Shown: one piece after another, positions 12,519-25,972 of the stretch
Position numbering within the stretch: the first letter of the stretch is position 1
Layout: each line of letters begins with the position of its first letter
Source of the DNA: Vitrella brassicaformis CCMP3155
Lineage: Eukaryota; Protista; Chromerida
Reading direction: 5' to 3'
Length of the DNA: 64,000 nt
Assembly: GCA_001179505.1 (NCBI GenBank)
Contig: CDMY01000296.1
Coordinates: 62,001 to 126,000, forward strand
The notes under the pieces: model-generated
Database searches by the model: none
The model's input: the letters and a program-made list of their open reading frames with translations, nothing else
Told to the model about the DNA's origin: nothing
Translations under genes and position numbers: made by a program

Positions 12519-15500
12519 TCACGCCATGGAAGCCAGGCTGTCGTCCATGGATCCGTTGACGCTGCCCACACCGCTGCCGCCCTGCCCGGCGCCCCCCACT
12601 CCAATTCCCATCGCCGCCCCGCCCGTGACGCTGTCGGCCATGTTCACGTTGCTGCCAGGGGGGTAGTTCTCTCGGACGCTCATGAAGCTGCTCGCCATGT
12701 TGCCACCTCCCTGATCCATAGGAGGAGGCCCCAGATGCTGCTGCTGCTGTGGCGGCCCGCTGCCCACGTCGCTGCCCCTCCCAGCAGCAGGGGCAACGGC
12801 AGCAGCAGCAGCAGAAGAAGAAGCATCACGATGGTGCCCCAGGTACTGGCTCTGACTCCCGCCGATTGGGATGTACTGGAATGAAGAGCTGACAGGTGGT
12901 GCGGCTGAGGACGGTGGGACGCTGGGAGGTGCGACAGAGGGTGGGGGCTGGTGCGGCGCGGACCGCATGGCGGCGTGGTGGTGGTCTGGCATGACCCATG
13001 AGGCAGATGGTGCTGGGTGTCCGGCGAATGGCGGCATGGCCATGGATGAGGCAGGGGGGAACATGGGCATGGCGCCCAGACCCTCATAGCCCGCCTGGGG
13101 AGGGCCGGGGGGAAAGGAACCAGGGAGGGGCGGTGGGGGCTGATTGACCAAATCAGTACAGTACGCACACAGGATCCTCATCCAGTCACATGTCAGTCAT
13201 CGAGACGCTCCACCATCTATCTGCCCTCCCTCCCTCCCTCCCTGCCCCTCTCACTCACCGGCATGAAAGGGAGGCCGGCCATGGTGGGGTCCATCGGGCC
13301 ACCGGGGAAGCCGCCCGGCGGGTGGTGAGCGAAGGCAGGTGCGTTGGGCGGGGGTCTCATGGGCGGTGACCTCTGTGACCTCTGGGCCCTCTGCTGACCA
13401 CCGCCGGTGCGGTTGGGTGGGAGGAGGAAGGACGGCAGGCAGCTGCTGACGGTGTCGGCCCACGCCGGCGGCAGCAGGCTCAGGAGCTTCCCGGTGCCGT
13501 CCTCTGCGTATGTCCATGGAATGGAATGCAAAACACAACAGGACAGACAGACGGGCAGACAGACAGGAGCCCATCATGGATGGCATCATGCTGTGCACTC
13601 AAGTGTCGGATGGATGGATGTGTGCCAGCCAATCTTAGTTACCGTGCATGACGAAGACGATGAATGCGCCGATGACTGCGACCTGCACGGCCGATGTAAG
13701 GATGTCGCCGAGGCCGCCCCAGGCACCCGAATTGCCGTTGCCGGATACCTCCACCAAATACGACTGAACAAGCCAGCCAGCAGAGGTGGATGCATTTGGG
13801 AATGTGCGTGGCGTCGGTTGTGTCGTTTGTCCGCTCACCATCGGAGGTTTGATGGCGTCAACCAGGTTGGTGTAAAGTCGGTCGTCAATCGGCTGCTGAG
13901 ACCTGCACGCACCCACAGACACAGACACAGACACCGACACGGAAGAATTCCCACATATGAGCCCTTCCTTTCTTTGGCGGTTCCTCCCTCTGTCTGTTTG
14001 TCTCCCCCACTCACTTGAAGAGTGCGGTGGCGAGTGTGTGGATGCCCTTAGCCGTCCTGCTTTTTTCGGCAAGGACGGCCTGAAGGTCGGCCTCGTAGGC
14101 CGCCACACTCTCACCCGCAGCAGCCTGCCCCTGGTGCTGCCTCACGGCCGTCTCGCTGGGCTGCAGCCGCCTCGCACGCACATCGTCGTCCACCCACACC
14201 AGCCGACGCAACGGACGGTATACACCTGTGTGGGCATCATAGCACAGCACAGCACAGCACAGCACACGTGTGGACGTATGGACATATTAGTGTAGTGTGT
14301 GGTTTCCCATTCTCTCCCCACTCGCTCAACTCAACTCACCTCCCAATGCGCAGCACTTCCACAGCTCCGCAGCGGCCAGCTCGCCGTCCTCCAGCGACGC
14401 CTCGAGAGACGTCTTCAGAGGCGGTGGGACGATGGCGTGGTTCAGTACAGCGGGACGGGCTGAGGGACTGGTCTCCTCCTCGCCCTCAGAGCCCTCCGTC
14501 TCACCCTTGGGGCTCGTCTCTTCGTGTGCTGTGGCGATGGCCACGACAGGCTCATCTGCTGCCGTCTCTGTCTGTGGCTGCTCCAGTGCCCCGCCCTCAT
14601 CGCCTTCCTTCTCCGTGCAAGGAGTCTTCTTGGCGAACCACTTGGAGAAGAAGCCAGCAGAGGGGGGGGCAGCCAGGGCTTCCGATGAAGTGGCGCCCTC
14701 CTCGCTCTCATCTGCGCTGGTCTCCTCGGCTGTCGGCTCGATGGTCTCTTGCTGCCGTGTGTCGGGTGTGGGGGTATCTTCGACGACAGCCTGTGGCTGC
14801 CTGCGCTTGCTGAACAGGTTCACACCGCTCTGGAAGATACCGCTGACCTAAAAAGAAGAAAGAAACACAGAGGAGGAATTGTCTGGATTGTTGCCGGCCA
14901 CAATCCAACGATTGATGTATGTATCTATCGCACTTTGTCTGTCTCACCGACCCTACCCCGCTGAGCATCGATTTCTTGGGCATGACCTCCCCGCCCTCAT
15001 CGCCATTGCCCTCCTCATCCACAGGGCCATTCTCCACAGCACACATCTCCGTCCCAATCACCTCGACCGCTGGCTTGTGCTCCTCCTGCTGCGCCACGGC
15101 CGCTGGCTGCCCCTTCAAAACGTCCCCCTCTCGGCTGACAGCGCCAGCGTCATCCTTGTTGCTCGATGGGCGTGTGTATCTGCCCAGGATGGCCCCGAGT
15201 GACCACCGGGAGGTGGCGGGCCGTGTGACTGTGTCGTCGGGGAGGGGTGGAGGGGTCGGCGGGGGCGGGGGTCTAAGTGCCTCTGAGATGCGGATGGAGG
15301 TGAGGAGGGCCGTGTGGGTCAGCTGCAGGGCGGTGAGCTCGTCCTGCGGACGCTGCAGCTTCTTCTGCACGAACTCTGAGGGACGGCAAAGGGCAAAGGA
15401 ACGGATGGGATGGGATCGGTCGTGGGTGTGTCGTGTCACCCGCCCACTCCACCGACCAACCTACCTTGTTTGGCGAGGTTTCTGAGTGCCACAGCGACTT

Positions 15501-16357
15501 TGCCGTAGACCTCCTCGGCATCCAACACCCACCCCTGCTTGGTCCGACGGTAACTGAAGATGCTCACCGGCGCATCTACATCCACACACCACACACACAC
15601 ACAACACACCAGCCTCCATCTCTCCCTCCACAGATGCATCCTATCTATGTTGTGGTATGGGTGTCTGTCAGTATTGATTCACCCACCTTTGCCGTCGTCG
15701 AGTTGGATCCTAGGGTGTTGTCCATCTTGCTTGACGTACTTGTCGAGGTAGATGCAGCAGTGGTGCAGCCGGTCGACCAGCGTGTGCCAGTTGAGCTCCA
15801 GCAGGGGGGCGCTGATGGCCGGGTGGTCAGTGCACTCGCACAGACGCACCAGCACCAGCCGGTTCAGCACAGGTGACTCAATGCGCTGACACAGACAGAG
15901 GGAGGGACGACAGACAGACAAGCCAGTCAAATGAATGAATCACGTCGCAGCGCAGCCAAATGAATGACCAGCCTATCCTGTTCGTTCTGGCTCACTCACG
16001 AGTTGCTGTGCCACTTTGGAGACTTGTCCATAGATGCGGATGCGTGTCGGCCGAATCGCCTCAACACGGTCTGACACACCTGCACACAAACACGCACTCA
16101 GTCAAGTCTGGACACCCTACCCACGCCTCTGGCGTTTCTCTCTCATCTAGCTGGAGGGCGGCAGTGAGTGCGGATGCCATGTCAGCATCGGCACCTTCAT
16201 AGGTCCAGAGGACAGAGAGCGGTATGTATGAGAGGGGGTTGTTGCCCTGGTTGATGGACACGCCGCACAAAGCACCGGTGCCGACCACGATGGGCACCTC
16301 GAGAAAACGACGGATGGGGTGACGCATCGCGATACGCCTGCTCCTATAGCATGGCAA
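12519..16357 (-). CDS. Hypothetical protein with acidic/low-complexity middle, one predicted TM helix and a Pro/Gly/Met-rich C-terminal tail
   Basis: Consecutive minus-strand exons (approximate, from ORF-track frames 16061-16357, 15679-15930, 15436-15639, 14708-15439, 14326-14823, 14011-14265, 13635-14114, 13217-13531, 12519-13181) separated by microsatellite introns. TM candidate ILTSAVQVAVIGAFIVFVMHG. Start codon and single-gene status uncertain. Confidence 0.55.
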
Positions 16358-16766
16358 GCAACTAACTCTGTCGACGGTACTTCGGGGAAGAGATTTCAGT
16401 GTTCAAGGAATGCGAGCTTGTACTGAAGAAGGAAGAGATCCCTGCGGAGACCACCATGCAAGCGATGACGCGTTGATGGATAGTTTTGCACTGACATCTT
16501 CACAAAAAAACCATTGCCATTCACTCTTGCACGTGAACACCTGATGATCTAGGGACCTGCCTGGTTACGTCACAGAAGCTTCACTCACTCACCTAAATCT
16601 GACTGACACCTTCCTTTCTCTCTCCCCGCCGCATCAATACCTACACCCTACACACCCCCACGTCAGCCATGCACCCACCTGCCGTCTCTCGCCAGAGTCG
16701 ACCAACCCACCACCCGGCCGATCAGATCATCTCGTCCATTCGTTGTCCAGTGAGTGCCTCTGTCTG

Positions 16767-17704
16767 TCACAGTTCGTCGTGTTCGCCTCCCTCCCACAGT
16801 AGGTGTTCTATGTCGTGCTGGATGGCCAGAGGGTCGGTCCGGTGGGTGTAGCGCTTGAACGGCCGGCCCTTCTTGTCTATCAGGAACTTCTCAAAGTTGT
16901 CCTGCTCGTTCACACAGCACAGCACGCCACGTGAGCCAACAGACAGACACAGACAGACAGACAGACTCATCCATGAGCTGGCGCGTGTTTGTTTTGCCTG
17001 TCTGGCTGTGTGCCTTCCTTCCCTCCCTCGTCGCTCCGTCGATTGACAGGTACCTGTATATCGTGCTTGCCGCAGTTGTCCGTGAGCCACTTGAAGACCA
17101 GGTGCTGGTCACGGCCCATGACGAGGTGCCTCTTGAGCATGGTAAACCTCGGCTCGACGCCCAGCGCGTCTTTGATGTCTTGGAGTATCTCGAGCCCCTC
17201 CTTGGGCTCCGACTTGTCGATCTGGTTGGTGGGAAATGCGAAGATGCGCAGACCTCGCGAGTGGTACTGGTCGTGCAGGTCGTTGAGCGCCTCGTACTGC
17301 TCCTTGGCGTGGGGGTCGCGGGTGGCGACTATCACACACAGAACTGGGTGGCCCTTGAACCTGCAATCACACACACACACACACACACACACACAACAGA
17401 CAGCACAGCACAGCACAGCACGGCATCACTGCAGACCAGCCACGCGTGTCTGTCCCGGTGCATGCGGTGCATGAGATGGGATGGTCCTACAGCTGACTGA
17501 CTCGTGGAATTCATGTATGTGTTCTCCGTCGATGTCGAAGAACATGTAGTGGCCGAGCTTGTGCCGCCGGTCCCACTTGCACTCCTCGCCAACGTCACCC
17601 TTCGGAGGGGGCGTGTTCGATAATGTCAGCCTCGGGAGCACCAGCAACACGCACACAATCGACACAAGCACCCTCGGGTGGGCAGCCCTTCTTCGTTTCA
17701 TCAT
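16767..17704 (-). CDS. Glutathione-peroxidase-fold protein with signal peptide and HDEL; catalytic residues substituted
   Basis: Exons 17704-17502, 17360-17054 and 16901-16767. GPx fold motifs: FKGHPVLCVIVATRD, QYEALNDLHDQYHSRGLRIFAFPTNQ, HLVFKWL, NFEKFLIDKKGRPFKRY. N-terminal hydrophobic VLVSIVCVLLVLPRLTLS. Ends GEHDEL-TGA. Confidence 0.92.
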
Positions 17705-17937
17705 TCAGATGCCTCAAGAGCCTCCAAAGCACGGCAGCAGCGGCCAAGAGCCTCCCAAAGCCTTGAGATCTCTCGCAGGGGAGCAGCAGCGGTTTCATGG
17801 AGCACCCTAGGCGAGTCATGCGTGCTTAGGAGTCAAAGTTTGCAAGGATCCCTCTCCCCTGGCCGCATTGCGTTCGAGGGCGTTTGAGAGTGAACAAATT
17901 GGACGACGTCCCGGCGAGACGGTTTCAGTCAAGGACC

Positions 17938-20900
17938 ATGAAGGCAGCCGTCTTGGAATGTGGCGGTAGCGTCCGCGTGCGGTCTCTGAGCGGCATGGAT
18001 GCACGAGAAGGCCGGCGACTGATTAGCCTGGCAAAGGAGAAGCCCAAAGAGGCGCTGGATGAGTGGCCAGAGGCGAAGCAACAGGTGAATGAGATTTCAA
18101 TGAGTGAAACCTGTGCATGGAGGACAAGTGAATGGCATTCATGTACCTCTATTCCTGCAGGCGCTGTGCTATCACCTGTTGGATGTGTTGCGCGACGACG
18201 GCCCATCGATGTCATTCAGCCGCAGTGAAGAGCGCCTGCCCAAGCCCACAGACACGTCGGACACCACCAGTCCTGCTCCACTAAGACTTTGCCTGCGGGA
18301 TTTGTGGCCGGTGGTGCTCCGCTGCCTGGGGAGGCCGCCCACACACATGAGTGAGTCGTCATCGATGGCCACAGTGGCCGTCAAGCTCTTGCAGAGGTGC
18401 GGTGCGTGCACACGACGTTGATTTAAGTACATTCATTCGTGGTGTTGTCGTTTCATTCATCAGGGACTCGGGATTCCTCCCCGCCCTGCTGTCGACATAC
18501 CATCGGACGTCGTCCCCCGTCATTTTCATGGCGCTCAAGACACTGACCGACGAGGGCCACATACAGGTAGGTAGGTATGGACAGAGAGGCTCTCTCAGTG
18601 CAGTGGGACGGGTTGTCTCCCGTGTGGTGTGCATACCATAACATACATGCAGGCCTTCCTGTCGATGTACTGTGCGGAGCTCCTTAAGGCCCACCCAAAG
18701 GCCAACGCGCGGGATCTTGGCAGTGGCCCACTGCCCTTCCTGCGTGTGGTGCCTTCAATCACAAATGCTATCGTACGTGGAAGGAGAGGAGCCGCTCAGC
18801 ACAACACGTTTGGCATGCGTTTCGCGATTGAACCACTCAGGAATGTCAACCGTCGCTTGAGTTTCCCACTACGGTGCTGCACCACATCGCCCAAATGATG
18901 CTGCTGAAGGATGGTGATGGCCCGCAGCCCCCCTCATCGTGTGGCGAGGGCCTCTCACAGCAGCTCGGTGCTCTACATGCACTCACTCTCCTGCTCCGGT
19001 ACGTACAGGGGCACACCGAAAGAAAGGGGAGCCACAGCTTTTTTATTTCTATGTATGTGTGCCGCCGCTCTGTGCTCGCGAAGGTCACTGTGTCGTTGCC
19101 TGAGCCGCGTTAGTGCTGCCGCGTCCTTGTCGCCCGTCGAGCAATCACACCTGAACGTATGAATGCCGCTCGGCTATGTTGTCAGACACGGCACCAGACG
19201 TCAGTGTTCCGTCTTCTTCTTGTCTCAGGCCTGGAATTCGTTATGTCCCCTCGTCCCTTCCCTCATCGCCGCCCTCGTTGATCTGATGCCTGTGCTTCAT
19301 CCCTTGACCCCACAGACCCCGCAGAGCGGCCCTTTCACCCTGGCTGAGTCAGACGAACAGCCACCGTCACCATCGACGGCCATGGCAGCAGCGAAGAAGG
19401 TGGTCCCGGAGATTTCTTTGACTTTGACGTCACCCGTGGCCCTGTTCGTGTCATCCTTGTACGCCCTACACCCATGGCCGACGCTTGAAGCGGTCCGCAG
19501 CAGTCCCTTATCTACCGCTGTCAGGGAGGCCGTCACCGGCATGCTGACACAGTGGCGCTTCCACGGCAACCTAATTCTCGGATATGTCGACGTTGCAAAG
19601 GACACCAAGAAGGGATCGGCGGAATGGGACGCCACCTCCCCCGACGTCCGCGAGCTGGCCTCATTCTGTGGTGACTTTGTCAAAACACTGGATGACTTCT
19701 TCTGCCTCCGACCCGAAGCCGCTCAAGAGTCCACACCCTCCACCCCGGTCAAGCGGGACCCCACCCCTCCCTCGCCCCCATCCAGCCAGCAGCCCACTTC
19801 CTGCGCGTCACCTCTGCTTGGCTTGATGGACTGGACCAGCTGGTTCTCGCCAAGGGGCGGTGTGTCTCCCATGAGGACCCGTGCAAGAGCGACCAATCGA
19901 CGTCAGCTGCGGCACGGTGCCACGCCCTGGCTGCTCGACACAGAGGCCATGGGTCAGAGCCTGAGCATGACACCACCAGCAGCTGTCGAGCGGGATCGAC
20001 TGGTGGAGAGAAGGGAGTGTCCGGTCCTGTTTCTGGCCGAGAGTTGCTGTGCTGCGGCTCCGGGAGGGTTCGACGAGCACGAGATCCGGATTACCAGTGA
20101 CGTGCATGAGCCGCGGCCACGTGTGCAGAGCCTGCCGTCGGCCAATCCCCCTCATGTCGAGGTGGCGGTCAAGTCCGCTTCGGCCCCTGACCTCTCAATC
20201 GAGCCGTCTGCCACCGCAAGTGCAAGACGGGACGTGGCTGAGCGTCGTGCATCGGCTGCTGCGCTCGCCCTGCACGCCCCCCTACCACCGCCAGTGTCCG
20301 ATGGACGGTCAGTGAACCGCTTACAATCAGAGTCGGCCATGTCTGCCGTGACAGCTATCTACCGGGACAGTTCGACGCCCCCGCCACGTCCAGCCGACAA
20401 CGAGAACGCAATGGAGGCTGTTTGTCGCGAGATGTCCCCGGATGGCCATCGCAACAGCGACAAGAGCGAGTGGGTGCTGGAGCTGGAGACTGACAACGTG
20501 GAAGCAGCCCGCGTGGACTTCGACTCTCCAGAGTGGAAGGTCACTTCTGTCGTCGGACAGGAGGAGCAGGGACCGAGGCGCCAACCCACACCGAGGCGAC
20601 CCCTGCCGCTTCTGACGCCGTCCTTCGGGCTGCCGGTCGTGTCGACCGTCCCGCCCCTCACAACAGCCTCAACCGCGCCTCTCACCCTGCACCCCATGCC
20701 GCCCTTCTCAATGGGCCTCCAGCCGTCCATGGCTCCCTTCATCCAGCCATCCCCGCCATCACCCTCGTCCCCCCGTCCACCGGCATCATCGCCGTCATCC
20801 GACTCCCATCTGCGGCCGCCTAGTGCCGGCACCGGCCGTGAGGTGAGGCGCCGGGGCGTGCGGTCGGGTGTGCGGACGAGCAGCCAGGAGTCGATCAGCA

Positions 20901-23900
20901 GCCGTGGGAGCATGGTGGAAGGGGAGGACGCTACTGCCGCGGCTGCAGGGGCTGTGGGTGCGGCAGAGGGCATTTCGGATCAGCAGCCAGACCAGCAGCC
21001 CTCTGTGACCGACTTCTTCACCATGGCGAGGCGAGCGGCGGCACAGAAGGCCGCCACGCCTCCCACTCAGGCAGCAGGAATGTCACTGACTGGGATTAGG
21101 GCCTCAGTGTCCAGCTACGGATCATTCGGGTCATTGCCGCTCCGTGGAGCCGCTGTGGCATTTCAGCCAGTATCGCCGCTGCTGAGGCCATCGTCATCAT
21201 CCCAGGCTGATTCGTCGGTGGCTACGCGAGGGAGAGTGAACGAGACGCGGACGTACCAGCTGGTGGATGACGAGTCGCGTTTCCAATCGTCGCGGTCGTC
21301 AAGGCGGGTGACGTTAGACATGATATCGGAGGGGCCTGGCGAAGGGGGAGAAGGGTCGGCGCAGCAGGCAGGTGGAGAGCGGTGAGTGTTTGCTGACTGA
21401 CTGACTGAAAGGCTGTCGATTGTGGCTTTATGGATCTGTGTGGATAGCATACCTTGGTGCACGTCGAGTGTTTCATTGGAATGTGTTGCATGCCGATGTA
21501 GATACATACAATGGGCCCGCGAGATTGATCGGAATGATCCCCCTAATGGGGGCCAGCAGGGGGCCGTTCTAACAAGCGAGCTTGCATGCATTTCGACGCG
21601 CGAAGGCGTAGCGACTCCCGACAGCCCGACGGTAGGAGGGAACTTCATGGCGTCCGCCGGTGCTGTGGGCTTTGCCGACGCCATAGGCACTGTGGGGAAG
21701 GTGAGCGGTGGTCAAGGTGTCGCCGCAAGTGAGTTTGCAATGAGTCACGCTTCTACGCGCCCCTCCATGGATGTGCCACGCCTTCCACCTGTGCCCGAGG
21801 AGGCCGACGCCGACGAAAACCCAAGCAGCCTGACGGCCATGCCAGTGGAAACCGATGAGGCTGCAAAGAATAGCGGTCCCGGCCAGAGGGGGCTGATGTC
21901 AAGGATCAAGGAGCTGGAGGACAAGTGCATGTATAGGACAATGACCAATAAACGACGAAACACATGCACCACCCTACCTGTATGTCTCTCTCGTTGTAGG
22001 TCACTTCTGGAGGAGCGTGCCAGCATCCACGCCGACTGCCGCGTCAAGATTGACCAAGGCAAGCAGGCCACTCAGCTGAGAACGCACGCACAGTCATTCG
22101 ATATATCATCCCCTTCCTTCTTGTCGATCGAACGTCCTTCTGCAGAGGCGGCCAAATGGCAGGGTGCCTTGATGGAGTCGGTGGCCGCAAAGCATCGAGC
22201 GGAAGAGCGCCTCAATGTTATGGAGGAGGCACTCGCCTTGGCCCACGAGAAGCTGGAGAGGCGGGCGGGCGAGACCGGACCACCAATGCCAGCAGAGGGA
22301 CCACAAACTAACGCAGGTGGGAGCCTTAAGGGAGCAGAGCCCGGCTCCTTGGGCACCGTCCCTGGCACACCCGGACCGGTCTGTCTGTCTCACCTCTCTG
22401 TCCCTGCAGAGAACGATCGTCTGCGTTGTCTTGTGCGTGAGCTCAAGTGTGCGCTCGAGGAGAAGGACATGTATGTATGTATGTATATATGTATGGCTAT
22501 AGACGGGGGGGATTGCCTGCCTGATGGCCTGATGTATGTTTGTTGGTTTCTGTTTTCAGCCTCATCTCAAAGCTCAAGGCCGACAAGGACAAGTGAGCAG
22601 CAGACAGAGACAGACACATCATGCATGTGATCCCTCCCTCTTCATGGCTCTCTCTGCCCTCGTGCGTGTGTGCAGGCTGCTTCGTGTGCGCGTGCAGATG
22701 TCTCACAAGATGTTCAAGACCGAGACCGAGAAGCAGCAGACACTGCGGGACCTTGCCTATGCAAAGCAAGCCCTCAACTTCGCAGCAAAAAAGGTACTTG
22801 TGTGTACTCACACACAACACACTGGACGGCACAAACAAACCACTTTCTCCCACTGTCAGGGTCGAGAGTATCAGGAGAAGCTCAAGGACGTCATAGGCCT
22901 CGTCAAGGCAACCACCACCCCAGAGCTCACCACTTGTCCCCAGCAGCCGTCCGCCCTTGCCAGCCAGAAGACACCACGCCGCTCAGTGACCGCAGACTCA
23001 CTGCCCAGCACACTCAAGCTTACGGACCGAAAGACGAGCAAGACGAACATACACCAAGAGCTGATTGCTACACGCCCAGGAGTCGACACGTCCCATCTCG
23101 ACAGCATACATCTTGAGGGTCATGCCGATGCCGATGCGCCATTCTTCTTCCCCGCGCCCCGGCTCCGTCTCTCAGGCAGTGTCCGGCGGGAGGACATGCC
23201 ACAGACCATCACCCAAATGAACGGCAAGGCCGCCTCGCCGCGCGATGATGAGGCGGCGGATGACGAGACGGCATTCCAGTCGTCGGCTGCCGCTGATGCT
23301 GACGACCAGGGAGAGGGAGACATGGACAACGACAGCCATGAGCAGGACGAGCAAGGGAAGGGGCCAGAAGAGGCGGAGGGCAAGGACGGCCCTGCACTCT
23401 CGCCGCTGGAGAGCCGGTGCTCGTCGAGACAAAATCTACCCAATGTGCCGCCGTCGGCCAGCAAACGAAGCAGGAGCGTCTGCCCAATGCCGGTTGCCAT
23501 CACCAAGGCAGCAACCTCTTTCCTGCAACCGACAGCAGCAGCGTCAGCAGCCGTGCGCCGGTCTGTCTCGTGCGCCCCAGTGTGTATCAGCTCACCCGCG
23601 GCCTCACCCCGGACACCGCTCTGCTACTACGTCCCACAAACAGCCAACAAAGTGTGGGCCAAGTCTGTCCACCACCTGCCGAGGGCGGTGCCTGTATGTC
23701 GGCTGGCCTCCGCCCCGTGCACTCCCCGGCTGCAGGTGTATCCGCGAATGCCCCTGCCGCCAGCACAAGCGGGACAGAGAAGCCTGTCTGCCCACCCCGC
23801 CCTCCGCAGCGTATTCTGCCTGACCTCCCCACGGCCCCCTGTCGGCCACACACACAGGGCGATCCCAAGAGGCCTGGCATTGTGTGTGTCGCCGCGTGCG

Positions 23901-24047
23901 CGGCTAGTCCAGCCTGTGAGTGGTGTGGGCGTGGGTGTGGGTGGTGGTGGTGGTGTGCGGGCCCACTCGCCCATGGTGCAGGCGCCGGGCAGGGCAGTGA
24001 GTGCAAGTGAGGAATCGGACAGGGGCCGGTGGTCACGGCATGTGTGA
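17938..24047 (+). CDS. Large hypothetical protein: helical N-terminal region, long Ser/Pro-rich exon, C-terminal coiled coil and Pro-rich tail
   Basis: ATG at 17938 (MKAAVLECGG). Plus-strand exons include a ~2.1 kb exon (~19230-21385) and coiled-coil-like segments (SRIKELEDK, ERLNVMEEALALAHEKLE, ENDRLRCLVRELKCALEEK, EKQQTLRDLAYAKQ). Stop at 24047. No family motif recognised. Confidence 0.6.
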
Positions 24048-24578
24048 ATGAATCTCTAGGCGATGGATGGTAGTGATGATGCCGACGAGACCGAGAGATA
24101 TATAGAGGATGTGTGGGGGTGCTGCCTGGGGGTGCACCCACGACTCGACTCAGTCAACTGAGTGTGTCCATCGTCATCGGTTCTGTCGTGGTGTTGCTAT
24201 CTATATCAAGCAAGTGTCGAGGTGTCTGTCATCCAGCCAGTCTGTCACACCCACACCCATGAAATGAATGAATGGATGGATGAAGGTGCGATCCATAGCT
24301 GACTGACACCGTCTGTCTCGTGCACCAAGCTCACCCCCTCACACACCGCGCTCGACAAAATTCAAAGACAAGAGAAACAGACAGACAGACAGACATGCAC
24401 ACATCCATCCATCCCTCCCTCACGCGCGATCACCATCTGAAAGAAGACCCAACTGCACTACAACCTCAGCCACATCCCTCTCTCTTCTCTCCTCCCCTAT
24501 GGGCGCTCTCTCTCTCGTGCGTCGCTCTGCTGGTTTCTCTCTCTGTCTGTGTGTCTGTCTGTGTGTCCATCCATCCAT

Positions 24579-25511
24579 CTAGTAGTAGGACCCGTCAGCC
24601 TTGCCCTGTGCGTCCAGCAGCCCCTTCCAATAGTTCTTCTCGAAATTGGCCTTTGTGTTTGAGTCGACGAGGACCTCGATGGTGCGGCCGCGCTGCCTGA
24701 CGGGGAATGTGGCAAGGTTCTGTGGCGGCCTGAGCTTGCCGGTGAGGGGGCCGACGAGGGGCGGGAAGGGGCACCACTCGCCCACCACCTCGCCCTTCTC
24801 GAGCGAGAAGGCCGTGCGGTGCAGCGGACAGATGACCTTGCCGTCCTTGACCTCGCCCTGCTCCAGGGGCGTGCCGATGTGCGGACACACGTTGGCCACG
24901 CAGTAGATGCTGCCGTCCGTGTCGGCTACCAGCAGCAGATTCAGTCCATTCACCTAGGTGACGACAGTCACACCGACGCGACAGAAAAACAAGTTCGGGG
25001 GGGGCGAGAGAGAACTCGTGTGTGTGCCGTGCCCGCACTCACCTGGACAGGCACGAGGTCGCCCGCAGCGATCTCGTCATCGTTGAGCACCGCTTTCCAC
25101 TCCTGAGCCTGTATGGATGGCCAGACGCAGCATTGGTGAATCAATCGTCACACCCATCCACCCACCCGGCCTCCCGCCAATCAAGGTCGGTCGCCTACCG
25201 TCGTTGTCTTGCCGCCGAACACAGCTTGGAGGCTTGTACGAGGGGCATGGCGCTGACAGACAAACACACACACACACACACACACACACGGCGTCACTCA
25301 CTGTCCTGTTTGCCCCCTATGGTGTGCGGTATGGATGTGGTGTGATGCCCACCGCCTGATAGAGTGAAGGTGAGACGCCCAGTTGGCCCGCGTCAGACAC
25401 GACCAGGGAGGCGCGCTGCGTGAGGCAGGGGGGAGGCGACACGAAACCCAAGCCGCCACGCATACGCGCACCGCTGCACAGACCTGCAACCACACTCACA
25501 GATACTTGCAC
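24579..25511 (-). CDS. Small Rieske [2Fe-2S] ferredoxin-like protein, probably plastid-targeted
   Basis: Rieske ligand motifs ANVCPHIGTPL and ICPLH in exon 24579-24953. The upstream exon reads QEWKAVLNDDEIAAGDLVPVQ. The N-terminal exon MQVSVSVVAGLCSGARMRGGLGFVSPP resembles a bipartite leader. Ends YWKGLLDAQGKADGSYY. Confidence 0.9.
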
Positions 25512-25972
25512 ATGGCAGCAGCCTGGCCTGGCTGTGGTGGTGTGCGTCTCGTCTGGCTGCCCATATTCCCCTTTGGTCTGTCTGCCCCGTGCCCCATCCT
25601 TGCTTGTCTCTCTGGTGCCCGTCCGTAGATCAGATCATGAACTTCTCATCTACGTACCTGCGGCCAACGCCGCGACCAGCAAGTGGCAGACGCACTTCAT
25701 TCTCGCAGACCACAGGCGAGTTCTAAAGTGAAAAATCAATCGGCGCACTTCGCTGCTTTCCCCTTCCGCTAAGCTCGCAGATGCCGGGAAACGTGGCGAA
25801 AACAGCCGGAAAGAAGGGTAAGAGCGGCGGCACGAGTGGGTGCTTGTTGATTGATGCTCTGTGGACAGAGCGGTTCGATTCATCGTCATCACCACCTCAG
25901 CATTGCCACCACCTGACCTGAGCCGTGTCCCGACGCCGTGTCCCCGTCGGCAGTACGTGCGCATCGCCCGCC

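Noticed and set aside
17290-17345. Possible selenocysteine (TGA) codon at the GPx active site
   Set aside because: The codon at the catalytic position is GAC (Asp) and the exon has no in-frame TGA.
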